Shown here: positions 12,044 to 22,857 of the stretch, one piece after another
How positions within the stretch are numbered: the stretch's first letter is position 1
How the letters are laid out: every line of letters starts with the position of its first letter
Assembly: GCA_963816185.1 (NCBI GenBank)
Contig: CAWFJJ010000029.1
Span: forward strand, 224,001 to 288,000
Source of the DNA: Thermoanaerobaculia bacterium
GTDB lineage: Bacteria; Acidobacteriota; Thermoanaerobaculia; UBA5066
Length of the DNA stretch: 64,000 nt
Direction: 5' to 3'
Notes under the pieces: model-generated
What the model was told of the DNA's origin: nothing
Database searches by the model: none
The model's input: the letters and a program-made list of their open reading frames with translations, nothing else
Position numbers and translations under genes: made by a program

Positions 12044-12927
12044 CGCGTCGCCTCCGGCGGAGAGAGGTGCGTCGCAAGCGAGCGCACGAAGTCGGGAAAC
12101 ACCCTTCGCCAGTACGGCCAGTCGTGCACTCCGGTTTCCAGGACGGCGGCGTGGGGAACGGCGAACGCGTCGAGATATCGGTCGAAGAAGGCCACGATCT
12201 CCGAGAGGCGGTACTTGTCCTCGGTGCCGCAGCGCATGTAGAGGAAGGGCGCATGCGCCGCGAGAAGAGGGTCGTCGAGGAGCATGGCGTAGAGATCGTT
12301 CTTCCGAAGCACGTTCTTCACGGGGTCGTCCCCGAACGTGCGCTCGAGCGAGGGGCGGATGAAGAACGGCATGGCCTGGACCGCCGGCCAGCACATCTGC
12401 TCCACCGCGGGTGAGAGCCCGCCGGCCGCGCTGAAGAGGGCGGGTTGCGAGAGCGCCCAGCGCAGGGCTCCGTAGCCGCCCATCGAGATGCCGGCAACGA
12501 GACGAGATCCGCGCGAGGCGACCGTGCGGTATCGCCCGTCCACGAACGGCACGAGCGTTCGGGTGAGGAACGTCGCGTAGCGCAAGACGCCCCCCTGCCC
12601 GTCGACGAACCAGGTGCCCGCGCCGCGCGGCGAGACGACGAGCATTTCGGGGAGTCGCCTCTCGCGCATGTCCTTTTCGAGCGCGTCGGCGAGCCCTTCG
12701 TGAAAGAAAGTCTCTTCGTCTCCGCCGCCATCGTGGAGGAAGTACAGAACCGGGAAGCGCCTGGCGGGCTCGGTCTCGTAGGACGGCGGCGTCATCACGA
12801 GGACACGGACCGGCGCCGGGAGCGAAGCGGTGGCGACTCGCTCCTCGTGCCGGGAGGCCGACGCGCGCGCAGGAGAGCACGCGAGCACGGACACGAGGGC
12901 GGCGGCGAGGGGCGCGGGTCTCGTCAA
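12040..12927 (-). CDS. Exported putative esterase (alpha/beta hydrolase)
   Basis: PVLYFLHDGGG, GISMGG nucleophile elbow, GVHDWPYW. Confidence 0.85.
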   Translation of the reverse strand: MTRPAPLAAALVSVLACSPARASASRHEERVATASLPAPVRVLVMTPPSYETEPARRFPVLYFLHDGGGDEETFFHEGLADALEKDMRERRLPEMLVVSPRGAGTWFVDGQGGVLRYATFLTRTLVPFVDGRYRTVASRGSRLVAGISMGGYGALRWALSQPALFSAAGGLSPAVEQMCWPAVQAMPFFIRPSLERTFGDDPVKNVLRKNDLYAMLLDDPLLAAHAPFLYMRCGTEDKYRLSEIVAFFDRYLDAFAVPHAAVLETGVHDWPYWRRVFPDFVRSLATHLSPPEATR

Positions 12928-12964
12928 GCGGTCATTCTAGAGCGCCCCTGTTAACCTTGGAGCG

Positions 12965-13726
12965 ATGCCCGGGAAGGAAGGGACGCGCGCGCGGATCCTC
13001 GAGGGCGAGACCGCCATCGTGACGGGCGCGGGGCGCGGTCTCGGCCGCGCGATCTCCCTCGCTCTGGCGCGTGCCGGGGCCACGGTCGCCGTTGCCTCGC
13101 GCTCGGCGGACGAGGTCGAGCGCACGAAAAAGGAGATCGAGGGGGCCGGCGGGAAGGCGCTCGCGATCGTGACGGACGTCACGTCCCGGACCGCGGTCGA
13201 GGCTCTCGTCGAAAGGACGCGCGAGACCACGGGACGCCTCGACATCGTCGTGAACAACGCGGGAGTCTTCGTGTGGAAGGCGCTCAAGGATCTCGAGGAA
13301 GGCGACTGGGACCGCATCCTCGACACGAACCTCAAGGCGAGCTACCTGCTCGTTCACGCCGCTTTGCCGTCTCTCGTCGCCTGCGGCCGCGGCCGGATCG
13401 TCAACGTCTCGTCGATTCACGGCACCGTGGGCGAGGCGAACGTCGTGGCGCACTGCGCCGCGAAATTCGGGCTCGTGGGCTTCACGAAGGCGCTCGCGGC
13501 CGAGCTGCGCGGCGTGGGCGTCACCGTGAACGCTCTCTGCCCCGGCGCGACCGACAACAAGAGCCTCGAGCTGTCCGGCCGGCCGCGGAAGGCCCCTCTT
13601 CAGGAGAAGCTCGACGCGCACGACGTCGCCGAGGCCGCTCTCTTCCTGGTTTCTCCGGCGGCGGCAGCGATCTCGGGCGCGGTCCTCGACATCTGGGGCG
13701 GGTCGTCGGTCTCGATCACAGGCTGA
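12965..13726 (+). CDS. SDR-family oxidoreductase
   Basis: TGAGRGLG, NNAG, NVSS; HCAAK in place of YxxxK. Confidence 0.9.
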   Translation: MPGKEGTRARILEGETAIVTGAGRGLGRAISLALARAGATVAVASRSADEVERTKKEIEGAGGKALAIVTDVTSRTAVEALVERTRETTGRLDIVVNNAGVFVWKALKDLEEGDWDRILDTNLKASYLLVHAALPSLVACGRGRIVNVSSIHGTVGEANVVAHCAAKFGLVGFTKALAAELRGVGVTVNALCPGATDNKSLELSGRPRKAPLQEKLDAHDVAEAALFLVSPAAAAISGAVLDIWGGSSVSITG

Positions 13727-13769
13727 GGTCGGCCGCAGCGGCGCTAAACTGCCAGCGGCCGCACCGCGT

Positions 13770-13847
13770 CTGCCCGTAGCTCAGCTGGACCAGAGCATCG
13801 GCCTTCTAAGCCGAGGGTCGGGAGTTCGAATCTCCCCGGGCAGGCCA
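13770..13847 (+). tRNA. tRNA-Arg (TCT)
   Basis: CTGCCCGTAGCTCAGCTGGA...TCGGC CTTCTAA GCCGA...GGGAGTTCGAATCTCCCCGGGCAGGCCA. Confidence 0.95.
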
Positions 13848-13923
13848 CTCCATTACGCCAGGGAGAACGCGATTCTCCGCCCGGACTGCGGGAGCGCCGG
13901 GAAATCCCGTCACGGAATCCGTC

Positions 13924-16623
13924 TCACTTCCCCCCCGGCACCCGCCGCTTCACCTCCTCGAACCAGTTCAGGACGACCTTCACCTGAGCCGGGCCCGATT
14001 CGGCCGGGTCGGGTCTGATCATGAGGAAGCGGCCGTCGGGCGCGACGTCGTAGCTATAGCCGTATGGGTTCATGCCGTAATGACGACCCTCGAAGAGCGT
14101 CCGCGGGCGGCCGGGGCGAAACGTCGGCTTCGTCTCGACGTCGACGATCATCATCTTGTCCGCTTGCCGATAGAAAAGTTCCCGGCCGCTCCGGGACCAG
14201 CGCGCATCCTGTCCCCCTTCGGTCGAAATCTGCCATCTGGCGCCCGGGCCCGGGAACGGCCGGACGTAGACCTCGAAGCGCCCGGACTCGTTCGACTCGT
14301 ACGCGACCCAGCGGCCGTCGGGCGAAAAACGAGCGTTGCCCTCCAGAGACTTTGTCCTGAGAAAAGGACGGACCTTTCTCTCCCCGCTGAGCGGAAGAAC
14401 GAAGATGTCAAAGCCCGTATTCGCCGGACTGGTGTCGGCGTAGTCGTACGCGTCGAAGAGCAGAAGGCTGCCGTCGGGTGAGAAGGAGTTCGGTGACTCC
14501 AGCCGGAGGTCCCGCTCGCCCGTCAGAAGCTCGGGCGGGGTGCTTCCATCGGCGTTTTGCCAGTAGACACGAGCTTGCGAGCTCCCCGTTCCTGCAGAGG
14601 CGAAAGCGAATCCAACCCGCTTCCCGTCCGGCGCCCAGACCGGACTTCCGACATCTCCTTCCGCGGTGGAACGGCTGAGCGTGCCGCGGGCCAGGTCGCC
14701 GAACAGAAGCGCCGTTCTTTCACCCTTTTCCATGGTCATTGCCGCGATCCGCCCTCCGTCAGGCGAGAGGGCGACTTGCTCGTAGCCCCGCGGCGGGAAG
14801 GGAATCTGTTCCGCCGCTCCTTTCCGGTCCACCCAGACCAGGGTCCGCGGAAACTCCCGGCTCGGTACGTAGGCGAGCGTCCCCTGCCAGGAGAAGGTGT
14901 ACTCGGCTTGCCGGTTTCCCCTGAAATTCGTCATCAGATCGTTGAGGAGCGGCACGGGAGAGCTGGAGACTTCGAGGCGGTTAAGGTCGAACCGGACGCC
15001 GAGGAGTGATCCGGGGCGAGCGAAGACGAGGTATCCCGTCGGGAGATACCGGGGGTACGCGGCGTCCTTCACGAGAATCCGCTGCTCTCCCGTCCGGAGC
15101 GATACGACGGCGGCATGGCTCGTCTGAGTCCGGTCCACGAGATCGAAGAGGACGTGCTCTCCGTCCGGGAGGATCTGCGGAAAGATGTGTCTCTCGCCCT
15201 TGGCGGCATCCGGGGTCGTCACCCTCCGGGGCTCTCCGCCCGACGCCGGGATGCGCCAAAGGCCCGAGACCGGCACGAAGACGATCGTTCCGTCCTCGCC
15301 CCAGCTCCCGCCGCGGTTGGACATCGTGTCGCAGAGGATGACCGGGGATCCCCCGGCGAGAGCCACTTTCTTCAGCTTTCCTCCAGCGAAGAAGCCGACC
15401 TCGAGACCGTCCGGCGAGATGAACGGCTGATGCGCCCCCTCGGTTCCCGGGATCGGTCTGATCTCCTCGCGGTCGAGCCGACGGACAAACAGTTTGTCTC
15501 CGCTTCCCCCAAAGAAGACAAGGGCCTTTCCGTCACGTGTGAGAGCGAGCGGACTTGAGTTGTCCGTATTCGGTGAAGCGTCGAGTGGGAAGGTGAGCGA
15601 CACGACGACGGGCGATGCGGGAGGAGATCCCGTTCGCAGAAACCGGCTGCCGAGGAGGAGACCGAGCGCGACGGCGAGGGCGACGGCAGCCGTCAGCGCC
15701 CAGTACGGCACCCGGCGGCGAAGACGGGGCACCTCTCCGGGCGAGACGTCAGCAGCATTGACGGCCTCCGACAGATGCGTCCGGAGGTTCTGAAGCTCCT
15801 TTGCGAGGTCTTTCGTCGAGGAATATCGCTCTTCGGCATCTTTCGAGAGACAACGCTGCACGATCCAACCGAGGGACGCCGGTAGTTTCGGGGCGAGTTT
15901 CGTCACGGGCTCCGGTTCGTCCTGGATGATGGCGGCCATCGTCTCGACGGCTGATGTCCCCCCGAACGGGCGCTTTCCCGTCAGCATCTCGTAGAGAACC
16001 GTCCCGAGCGAGAACTGGTCGCTCCGGTAATCGACCGTCTCCCCACGCGCCTGCTCCGGCGACATGTAGGCCACCGTCCCGAGGACGACCCCCTTCTCGC
16101 TCAGGGCCGCGAGCGTGGGAGACCGGGTGTCGTTTGAATCGTGGCGTGTGACGTCGTGCCGGGCCAGGCCGAAGTCGAGGAGCTTGGCGTGGCCGTCCTT
16201 CGTCAGGAAGACGTTCTCGGGCTTGACGTCGCGGTGGACGATCCCCTTCCCGTGGGCCGCGGCGAGCCCTTCCGCAACCTGAAGCCCCACGTCGAGGGCC
16301 TTCCTGAGCGGGAGAGGCCCCTTGCCCAGCGCCTGACGCAGCATCTCGCCCTCCAGAAGCTCCTGGACGAGGAGATACCGGCCAGAGATTTCTTCGAATG
16401 AATAGACGACGGCGATGTTCGGGTGGCTGACCGCGGCCAGCGCTTTCGCCTCCCGCTCGAATCGCGCGACGCTCTCCCTGTTTTCGAAGAATTCTTCCGG
16501 CAGGACCTTCAGCGCCACGGTCCGGTCGAGCCGCGTGTCCCGGGCTTTCCAGACTTCGCCCATGCCCCCCGCGCCGAGAGGGGCGAGGATTTCGTAAGGA
16601 CCGAGGCGTGTGCCCGGATTCAA
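13924..16623 (-). CDS. Eukaryotic-like Ser/Thr kinase with TM segment and TolB/PD40-like beta-propeller
   Basis: [33 protein letters not shown]; hydrophobic segment; repeated SPDG motifs. Confidence 0.93.
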   Translation of the reverse strand: MNPGTRLGPYEILAPLGAGGMGEVWKARDTRLDRTVALKVLPEEFFENRESVARFEREAKALAAVSHPNIAVVYSFEEISGRYLLVQELLEGEMLRQALGKGPLPLRKALDVGLQVAEGLAAAHGKGIVHRDVKPENVFLTKDGHAKLLDFGLARHDVTRHDSNDTRSPTLAALSEKGVVLGTVAYMSPEQARGETVDYRSDQFSLGTVLYEMLTGKRPFGGTSAVETMAAIIQDEPEPVTKLAPKLPASLGWIVQRCLSKDAEERYSSTKDLAKELQNLRTHLSEAVNAADVSPGEVPRLRRRVPYWALTAAVALAVALGLLLGSRFLRTGSPPASPVVVSLTFPLDASPNTDNSSPLALTRDGKALVFFGGSGDKLFVRRLDREEIRPIPGTEGAHQPFISPDGLEVGFFAGGKLKKVALAGGSPVILCDTMSNRGGSWGEDGTIVFVPVSGLWRIPASGGEPRRVTTPDAAKGERHIFPQILPDGEHVLFDLVDRTQTSHAAVVSLRTGEQRILVKDAAYPRYLPTGYLVFARPGSLLGVRFDLNRLEVSSSPVPLLNDLMTNFRGNRQAEYTFSWQGTLAYVPSREFPRTLVWVDRKGAAEQIPFPPRGYEQVALSPDGGRIAAMTMEKGERTALLFGDLARGTLSRSTAEGDVGSPVWAPDGKRVGFAFASAGTGSSQARVYWQNADGSTPPELLTGERDLRLESPNSFSPDGSLLLFDAYDYADTSPANTGFDIFVLPLSGERKVRPFLRTKSLEGNARFSPDGRWVAYESNESGRFEVYVRPFPGPGARWQISTEGGQDARWSRSGRELFYRQADKMMIVDVETKPTFRPGRPRTLFEGRHYGMNPYGYSYDVAPDGRFLMIRPDPAESGPAQVKVVLNWFEEVKRRVPGGK

Positions 16624-16787
16624 GCTGCTACACGATAGCGTGTGTCGAGAATTCGGTGAACGTTTTCAGAATCATCTCGCCGAGGCCGCGAAAGGAGCGC
16701 TCAGGATCGGAGGTCAATGATCGAAGGCAATCCTCCCTCGGCGGCTGCGGCGAGAAGGGCCCGGACGTCATCGGAAGGCGCCCTCAG

Positions 16788-16822
16788 GAGAGTTCGATAC
16801 GTGTCCACGAAGGCAGGCCATT
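16788..16822 (+). repeat. att-like element copy 1
   Basis: GAGAGTTCGATACGTGTCCACGAAGGCAGGCCATT. Confidence 0.85.
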
Positions 16823-16897
16823 CCACTTCGTTTAGGAGAACGCGGTCTTCCGCCCTGACAGCAAGAGCGCCGAGAAAATTCATCCATGGATTCCGGT

Positions 16898-19615
16898 TCA
16901 CTTCGCCCCCGGGATCCGCCGCTTCACTTCCTCGAACCAGTTCAGGACGACTTTGACCTGGGCAGGGCCCGATTCGGCGGGGTCCTCCTTGATCATGAGG
17001 AAGCGCGTTCCGTCGGATGTGACGTCGTAGTAGTTCACGCCGTGGGAGAGATAACGGCCCTCGAAAAGCGTCCGTGCCCGCCCGGCGCGGAACGTCGGCT
17101 TCGTCTCGACGTCGACGACCATCATCTTGTCGCCCCCTTGCCAATAGAACAGCTCGCGCCCGCTGCGGGACCAGCACGGCTCGTCCCCTCCCTCGGTCGA
17201 GATCTGCCACTTGCCACCCGGGCCCGGATACGGCCGGACGAAGATCTCGACGGGCCCCGACTCGTTCGACTGGTACACGACCCATCGGCCGTCGGGCGAG
17301 AATCGAGCGGCCGATTCACCGAACTTTGTCTGGAGGAAGGGGCGCAGTGTCTTTTCTCCATTGAGCGGAAGCGCGAAAATGTCGTTGTTCGGACTGGTGT
17401 CACCGGGGATATACACGTCAACGAGCAGGAGGCTGCCGTCGGGTGAGAAAGAAGTGGGAGTCTCGTTCTGGCGCGGCGCGTCGCCTGTCAGGCGCTCGGG
17501 CGGGGTGCTTCCATCGGCGCCCTGCCAGTAAGCAGCCCGTAGATCTTTTCTTCCAGGCGAAAAGCCGAATGCAACCCGCTTCCCGTCCGGCGCCCATGCC
17601 AGACGCTGGAAGGCTCCTTCCGCCGCGGAACGGCTGAGCGTCCCCCCGGGGAAATCGCCGATCAGAAGAGCCTCCTTATAGTTCTTGTCAACGGTGATGG
17701 CCACGAGCCGACCGCCATCAGGCGAAAGGGCCACCTCCTCGTAACCCCCGGGCGGGAGAGGAACCCTTTCCATCGCTCCCTTCCGGTCCACCCAGACGAG
17801 CGTTCTCTGAAGCTGCCGGCTCGCTGCGTAGACGAGCGTTCCTTCCTGCGAGAAGGCGTATTCGGCAGCCCCCGTGAAATTGGAATTCGTCACGAGACCT
17901 TCGAGGACCGGCACGGGAGAACCGGAGGTTTCGAGACGCTTCAGGCTGAACGGGACTGCAAGAAGCGTTCCGGGACGAGCGAAGACGAGGTGCCCCGTCG
18001 GGAGATACCGGGCGCGCACGGCGTCCTCCATGACGACGCGCTGCTCGCCGGTGCGGAGCGATACGACGGCGGCCTTGCCAGAGAAGGTGAAGAGGACGTG
18101 CTCTCCGTCCGGGAGGATCTGCGGAAAGACGTGATATTCGCCCTTCGCCGCGTCCGGGCTCGTCACCCTCCGCGCCTCCCCGCCCGACGCCGGGATGCGC
18201 CAGAGCCCCGACGTCGGGCTGGGCACGAAGACAATCGTTCCGTCCGGCCCCCAGCTCCCGCCGCGGGGGGACGGAGCGTCGCAGAGGGTGATCGGCGAGC
18301 CGCCGGCGAGCGACACCCTCTTCAGCTTTCCTTCTGCGAAGAAGCCGACCTCGAGACCGTCCGGGGACATGAACGGGGATGAGAACGGGAAGTCAGCGCC
18401 GGCGGCGTCAGTTCCCGGGATCGGTCTGATCTCGTCGAGGTCGAGCCGGCGGACGAAGAGCTTTGACCGGGCCAAGTCGCCTCCTTCAGTGACTCCTTCG
18501 AAGACGAGAGTCCTCCCGTCGGGCGAGAGGGCGAACGGGTTGTGTTCGTGCGTTCTCGGTTCGGCGTCCACGGGGAAAGAGAGCGAGAATCTGAGGGGCG
18601 ACGCGGGCGGAGATCCGGTTCGAGCGAACCGGGGGCCCACCAAGACACCGAACACGGCGGCAAGCACCGCGACAGCCGCAAGCATCCAGTAGGGAAGCCG
18701 GCCACGGAGACGGGGCCCTTCGCCGGGCGCGACGTTCGCCGCGCTGACGGCCTCGGAGAGGCGAGTCCGGAGGTTCTGAAGCTCCTTCGCGAGATCCTTC
18801 GTCGACGAGTAGCGCTCCTCCGGGTCCTTCCCCAGACACCGCTGGACGATCCAGCCGACGAGCGCCGGGAGCTTCGGGTCGAGCTTCGTCACCGGCTCGG
18901 GCTCCTCGCGGATGATGGCCGTGAGCGTCTCCGCAGCCGAGGCTCCCCCGAAGGGGCGTTTCCCCGTGAGCATCTCGTAGAGGACGATGCCGAGCGAGAA
19001 CTGGTCGCTCCGGAAGTCGACGGTCTGCCCGCGCGCCTGCTCGGGAGACATGTAGGCCACCGTTCCGAGGACCACTCCTTCCGAGGTCAGCTTGTCGACC
19101 GTTGGTGACTGTGTCTCGTCACCTGCGGTGGAAACAGGTCGGGAACGAGCGAGGCCGAAGTCGAGGAGCTTGGCGTGGCCGTCCCTCGTCAGGAAGACGT
19201 TCTCGGGCTTGACGTCGCGGTGGACGATCCCTTTCCCGTGCGCCGCCGCGAGGCCTTCCGCCACCTGCAGGGCGACATCGAGGGCCTTGCGGAGCGAGAG
19301 CGGTCCTTTGGCCAGCGCCTCACGCAACGTCTCGCCCTCCAGAAGCTCCGTGACGACGAACGAGACGGCAGCCTCTTTCCCGACGTCAAAGAGGGCGAGG
19401 ATGTTCGGATGCGAGAGGGCAGCGACGGCTTTCGCCTCGCTCTCGAAGCGGGCGAGGGCACGCGGGTCGTTCGAGACGACCTCGGGCAGGACCTTGATCG
19501 CGACGTCGCGGCCCAGTCGCGTGTCCTTGGCCCGGTAGACCTCTCCCATCCCGCCCGCGCCGAGAGGGTCGACGATCTCGTAAGGCCCGAGGCGGGTGCC
19601 CGCGGAGAGGCTCAT
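16898..19615 (-). CDS. Eukaryotic-like Ser/Thr kinase with TM segment and TolB/PD40-like beta-propeller
   Basis: Same motifs as 13924..16623; close paralog with long identical blocks. Confidence 0.93.
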   Translation of the reverse strand: MSLSAGTRLGPYEIVDPLGAGGMGEVYRAKDTRLGRDVAIKVLPEVVSNDPRALARFESEAKAVAALSHPNILALFDVGKEAAVSFVVTELLEGETLREALAKGPLSLRKALDVALQVAEGLAAAHGKGIVHRDVKPENVFLTRDGHAKLLDFGLARSRPVSTAGDETQSPTVDKLTSEGVVLGTVAYMSPEQARGQTVDFRSDQFSLGIVLYEMLTGKRPFGGASAAETLTAIIREEPEPVTKLDPKLPALVGWIVQRCLGKDPEERYSSTKDLAKELQNLRTRLSEAVSAANVAPGEGPRLRGRLPYWMLAAVAVLAAVFGVLVGPRFARTGSPPASPLRFSLSFPVDAEPRTHEHNPFALSPDGRTLVFEGVTEGGDLARSKLFVRRLDLDEIRPIPGTDAAGADFPFSSPFMSPDGLEVGFFAEGKLKRVSLAGGSPITLCDAPSPRGGSWGPDGTIVFVPSPTSGLWRIPASGGEARRVTSPDAAKGEYHVFPQILPDGEHVLFTFSGKAAVVSLRTGEQRVVMEDAVRARYLPTGHLVFARPGTLLAVPFSLKRLETSGSPVPVLEGLVTNSNFTGAAEYAFSQEGTLVYAASRQLQRTLVWVDRKGAMERVPLPPGGYEEVALSPDGGRLVAITVDKNYKEALLIGDFPGGTLSRSAAEGAFQRLAWAPDGKRVAFGFSPGRKDLRAAYWQGADGSTPPERLTGDAPRQNETPTSFSPDGSLLLVDVYIPGDTSPNNDIFALPLNGEKTLRPFLQTKFGESAARFSPDGRWVVYQSNESGPVEIFVRPYPGPGGKWQISTEGGDEPCWSRSGRELFYWQGGDKMMVVDVETKPTFRAGRARTLFEGRYLSHGVNYYDVTSDGTRFLMIKEDPAESGPAQVKVVLNWFEEVKRRIPGAK

Positions 19616-19809
19616 GTGCCTGTCTTCCCGGGTCGGAGGAATGGGCGAGTCGTGTCCCCCCGGTGCGGCGACGCTCGTTCCGGCGACCCGTCAAGGTCGT
19701 GTTACTGCGGGGATTCTAGTCGTGGTCCCGGTGCTGCACTCCCGCCGCCAATCAGGTCCTCGCATCCATAGACGCCCGCCCGAAAGCTCGGGAGGCGTCC
19801 AACAGCCGC

Positions 19810-19871
19810 ATTAGCTCCGGCGCCGGGTCTGCCAGCAGAGTTCGATACTGTGTCAACGAAGGCAGGCCATT
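19810..19871 (+). repeat. att-like element copy 2
   Basis: ATTAGCTCCGGCGCCGGGTCTGCCAGCAGAGTTCGATACTGTGTCAACGAAGGCAGGCCATT. Confidence 0.85.
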
Positions 19872-19914
19872 CGTCTCACGCTGCGGCGGCCGCGTGCCGC
19901 GATGGTGCGCGGGT

Positions 19915-22566
19915 CTACGGTCCTCCCGCGACGAGCTTTTGGAACCGCGGGTTCTTGCGCAGCGGGTCGAAGTTGGGGTCGACCTTCAGCCAGCCGGGCG
20001 AGAGGAAGTAGGGAATCCTCAGCAGCGGCTCGAGTTGGTCGAGCGCCTTCTCCGGCTCGACGACGAGCATGTAGATTCGCGCGAGCTGGTGCTGCATGTA
20101 GGGGCCGTTCCGGGCATCCTTTGAAACCGGATTGAGGGCGACGCCACGCTTCCCCTCCCGCATGGCTTCTTCCTTCCGCCCAAGGTACGCCAGAGCCAGT
20201 CCGAGAAAGACATGGCGCTGCGCATCGTTGGGCGCCGCGCGAAGCTGCTCCTCGAAGGCCTTCCTCGCTTCTTCGGCGTACGTGCGCAAGTTGGCAGCGT
20301 CACCCTTCAACGCGTAGGCCTGAGTGAGGCAACTGCCCCATGCGCTCCGGTCGTCGTCAAACGCGCTCGGGGTCAGCCGCAGCAGAAGCTCTCGCTGCTC
20401 CTCGTCGAGAACCCAGACGAGATCGTAGAAGTTCGCCAGGTACGCCACGAGCGCGGTGGGCTCGACTTGCCTCGGTGCAGCCTTGAGCACGCCGCGGGCG
20501 CCGGCGAGGTCTCCCTCGCCGAGGAACGTCATGGCCTTGTCCTCGATCAGGGTGAGATTGGCAGGCGCGAGGGCGAGAGCACGGTCGAAGGCTTCCCGCG
20601 CCTCCGAGTAGCGCCGCAAACGCTGCAATGTGTCGCCGAGACCTCTCAGGCCCACGACCGAACGGGGGTCGAGGGAGACTGCCTGCCGAAAGTATTCCAC
20701 CGAGGTTTCCCAGCGCCCGAGGGCCTGCTCTGCGACCGCCGTCAACATGAGAAGCGTGACATCGCCGGGCGCGACGCGTAGCCCTTTCTCGCTCTGCGCT
20801 AGCGCTCGGTCGGAGTCATGCGAAACCAATATTTCGTAGCCGCCGAGGGCCCTGTATCCCTCCGGGCGGTTTGGCGCAAGCGCGACGGCCTTTTCCGCCG
20901 CCTGCCGGGAGCGCTCCGCCAGCGCGGGCGCGGGCGTGCTGTTGAAGTAGAGGAGCGAATTGACGCTCGAGACTCTTGCCCATGCCTGCGTGAAGCCGGG
21001 ATCCAGCGCGACGGCCTGATCGTAGAAGGCGAGCGCCTTGCGCAGGCTGGTGGGATCGTTGGCCGCCAGGCCGTTCGCCGCCGATTCACCCTTCAGGAAA
21101 GCGTCGTAGGCGGCGAGGTTCTGCGTGGGCTTCTCCGAAAGTCGCATCTCCTCGCCCGCCCCGAGTGCGGCGCCCAGGGCCTGCGCCACCTTCGTCGCGA
21201 TCTCCGACTGCACCTGGAATACGTCCGTAAGCGCCGCGTCGAATGGCTGCTGCCACTTCGAAGTCGGCGCGTCCGGGCGCGTGACGTCCACGAGCTCGGG
21301 GCTCACGTGAACCCGGCTCGTACCGCCGGCCTTTTCCCAGCGCACCGTGGCGGTGAGGAGATACGAGACGTTCAGCTCTTCGGCGATCTGTTTCGGAGTC
21401 TTAGCGGTCTTCTTGTAGGGCGTCGAGCTGCCGCGGGCGATCACCTGAAGCCCCGGGAGAGACGTCAGCTTGCCTCGAATCTCGTCCGCGATCCCGTCGG
21501 CAAAATAGTCGTCCTCGGGCGCCCCCAGGTTCTCGAACGGCAGCACCGCCACGCGCTTGACACCGCCGGCCTGGCCCACCTCTTTCGACGTTCGCCGCAG
21601 AAGGAAGAGACCGGCGGCCGCCAGAACGACGACGGCCGACACGGCGATGAGAACCTTACTTCTGCCGGCGGGCGGCGCCGCGAGCTGCGCTCCGCTCGTC
21701 ACCGTCGTTGTCGGAGCCGACGCCTCTGAAAGAGCGAAGGCCACGTCCTTGGCCGTCTGGAAGCGATTCTCCCGATCCTTCTCGAGGCAGTGCCGGACGA
21801 TGTGGTCGAGGGCGGGCGAGACGTTCCGCCCCGACTGCGTCAGCTCCGGCGGCTCGTCCCGCATGATTGCCGCCATCGTGTCGCTCGCCGTGTCCCGCTT
21901 GAACACCTTCTTGCCCGAGAGCATCTCGTACAGGATCGCCCCGAACGAAAAGATGTCCGAGCGGTGATCGACGGGCAAACCCCGGACCTGCTCGGGTGAC
22001 ATGTAGGCCACCGTCCCCCTCACCGTCCCGGGCTCCGTATGACGCGAGCCTGTCGGCGCGCTCGTCTCCTCGCCCGCGGCAACCGGCTGGACCTTCTTCG
22101 CCAGCCCGAAGTCCAGGATCTTGACGTGGCCGTCTCTCGTGACGAAAAGGTTCTCGGGCTTCAGATCCCGGTGGACGATGCCCTTCTCGTGCGCGGCGGA
22201 GAGGCCCCTGGCGGCCTGCAGCGCGTAATTGACCGCCTGCTTCTGCGAGATCGGACCGCCGTCGAGCTTGCCGCGCAGCGTCTCGCCCTCCAGAAGCTCC
22301 GTGACGGCGTAGGCCGTCCCCTCGTGCGTCCCGAAGTCGTGAATCGCAAGAATGTTCGGATGCGACAGCGCCGCGACCGCCAGGGCCTCCCGCTCGAACC
22401 GTGCCAGCGCATCGGGATCCGCGGCCAGCGACTGCGGCAGGACCTTGACCGCCACGTCGCGCTTGAGCTTCGAATCCCGGGCCCGGTACACCTCACCCAT
22501 CCCGCCCGCACCGAGTGGGCTGAGAATTTCATACGGACCTAACTTGGTGCCGGAAACCAGACTCAC
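19915..22566 (-). CDS. Eukaryotic-like Ser/Thr kinase with TM segment, TolB-N-like domain and TPR repeats
   Basis: [14 protein letters not shown]; [21 protein letters not shown]; TPR-like helices; [15 protein letters not shown]-terminus. Confidence 0.93.
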   Translation of the reverse strand: MSLVSGTKLGPYEILSPLGAGGMGEVYRARDSKLKRDVAVKVLPQSLAADPDALARFEREALAVAALSHPNILAIHDFGTHEGTAYAVTELLEGETLRGKLDGGPISQKQAVNYALQAARGLSAAHEKGIVHRDLKPENLFVTRDGHVKILDFGLAKKVQPVAAGEETSAPTGSRHTEPGTVRGTVAYMSPEQVRGLPVDHRSDIFSFGAILYEMLSGKKVFKRDTASDTMAAIMRDEPPELTQSGRNVSPALDHIVRHCLEKDRENRFQTAKDVAFALSEASAPTTTVTSGAQLAAPPAGRSKVLIAVSAVVVLAAAGLFLLRRTSKEVGQAGGVKRVAVLPFENLGAPEDDYFADGIADEIRGKLTSLPGLQVIARGSSTPYKKTAKTPKQIAEELNVSYLLTATVRWEKAGGTSRVHVSPELVDVTRPDAPTSKWQQPFDAALTDVFQVQSEIATKVAQALGAALGAGEEMRLSEKPTQNLAAYDAFLKGESAANGLAANDPTSLRKALAFYDQAVALDPGFTQAWARVSSVNSLLYFNSTPAPALAERSRQAAEKAVALAPNRPEGYRALGGYEILVSHDSDRALAQSEKGLRVAPGDVTLLMLTAVAEQALGRWETSVEYFRQAVSLDPRSVVGLRGLGDTLQRLRRYSEAREAFDRALALAPANLTLIEDKAMTFLGEGDLAGARGVLKAAPRQVEPTALVAYLANFYDLVWVLDEEQRELLLRLTPSAFDDDRSAWGSCLTQAYALKGDAANLRTYAEEARKAFEEQLRAAPNDAQRHVFLGLALAYLGRKEEAMREGKRGVALNPVSKDARNGPYMQHQLARIYMLVVEPEKALDQLEPLLRIPYFLSPGWLKVDPNFDPLRKNPRFQKLVAGGP

Positions 22567-22699
22567 CTGACGAAATTCTATCCGTGGCCCCGCCGTGGCC
22601 CGGGGAGTGGCTGCTAACGCGGCGCGAGAACCCGGCTTCCGGAAGCAGCGCCAGGAACTACGCTGCTTTGATGAGGTCCTCCACGCGCTCGACAGCCTT

Positions 22700-22760
22700 A
22701 TAAGCTCGGGCGGCGGGTCTGCCAGCAGAGTTCGATCCGTATCAACGAAGGCAGGCCATT
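22700..22760 (+). repeat. att-like element copy 3
   Basis: ATAAGCTCGGGCGGCGGGTCTGCCAGCAGAGTTCGATCCGTATCAACGAAGGCAGGCCATT. Confidence 0.85.
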
Positions 22761-22857
22761 GATCTCAGTCGCTAGCGCGACTCTCGCACGTCCGCGACAC
22801 ATAGAAGCTCACGGAGGAGTTCATCGGCGCCGACCATTCGGATCAGAATGGTGATCG

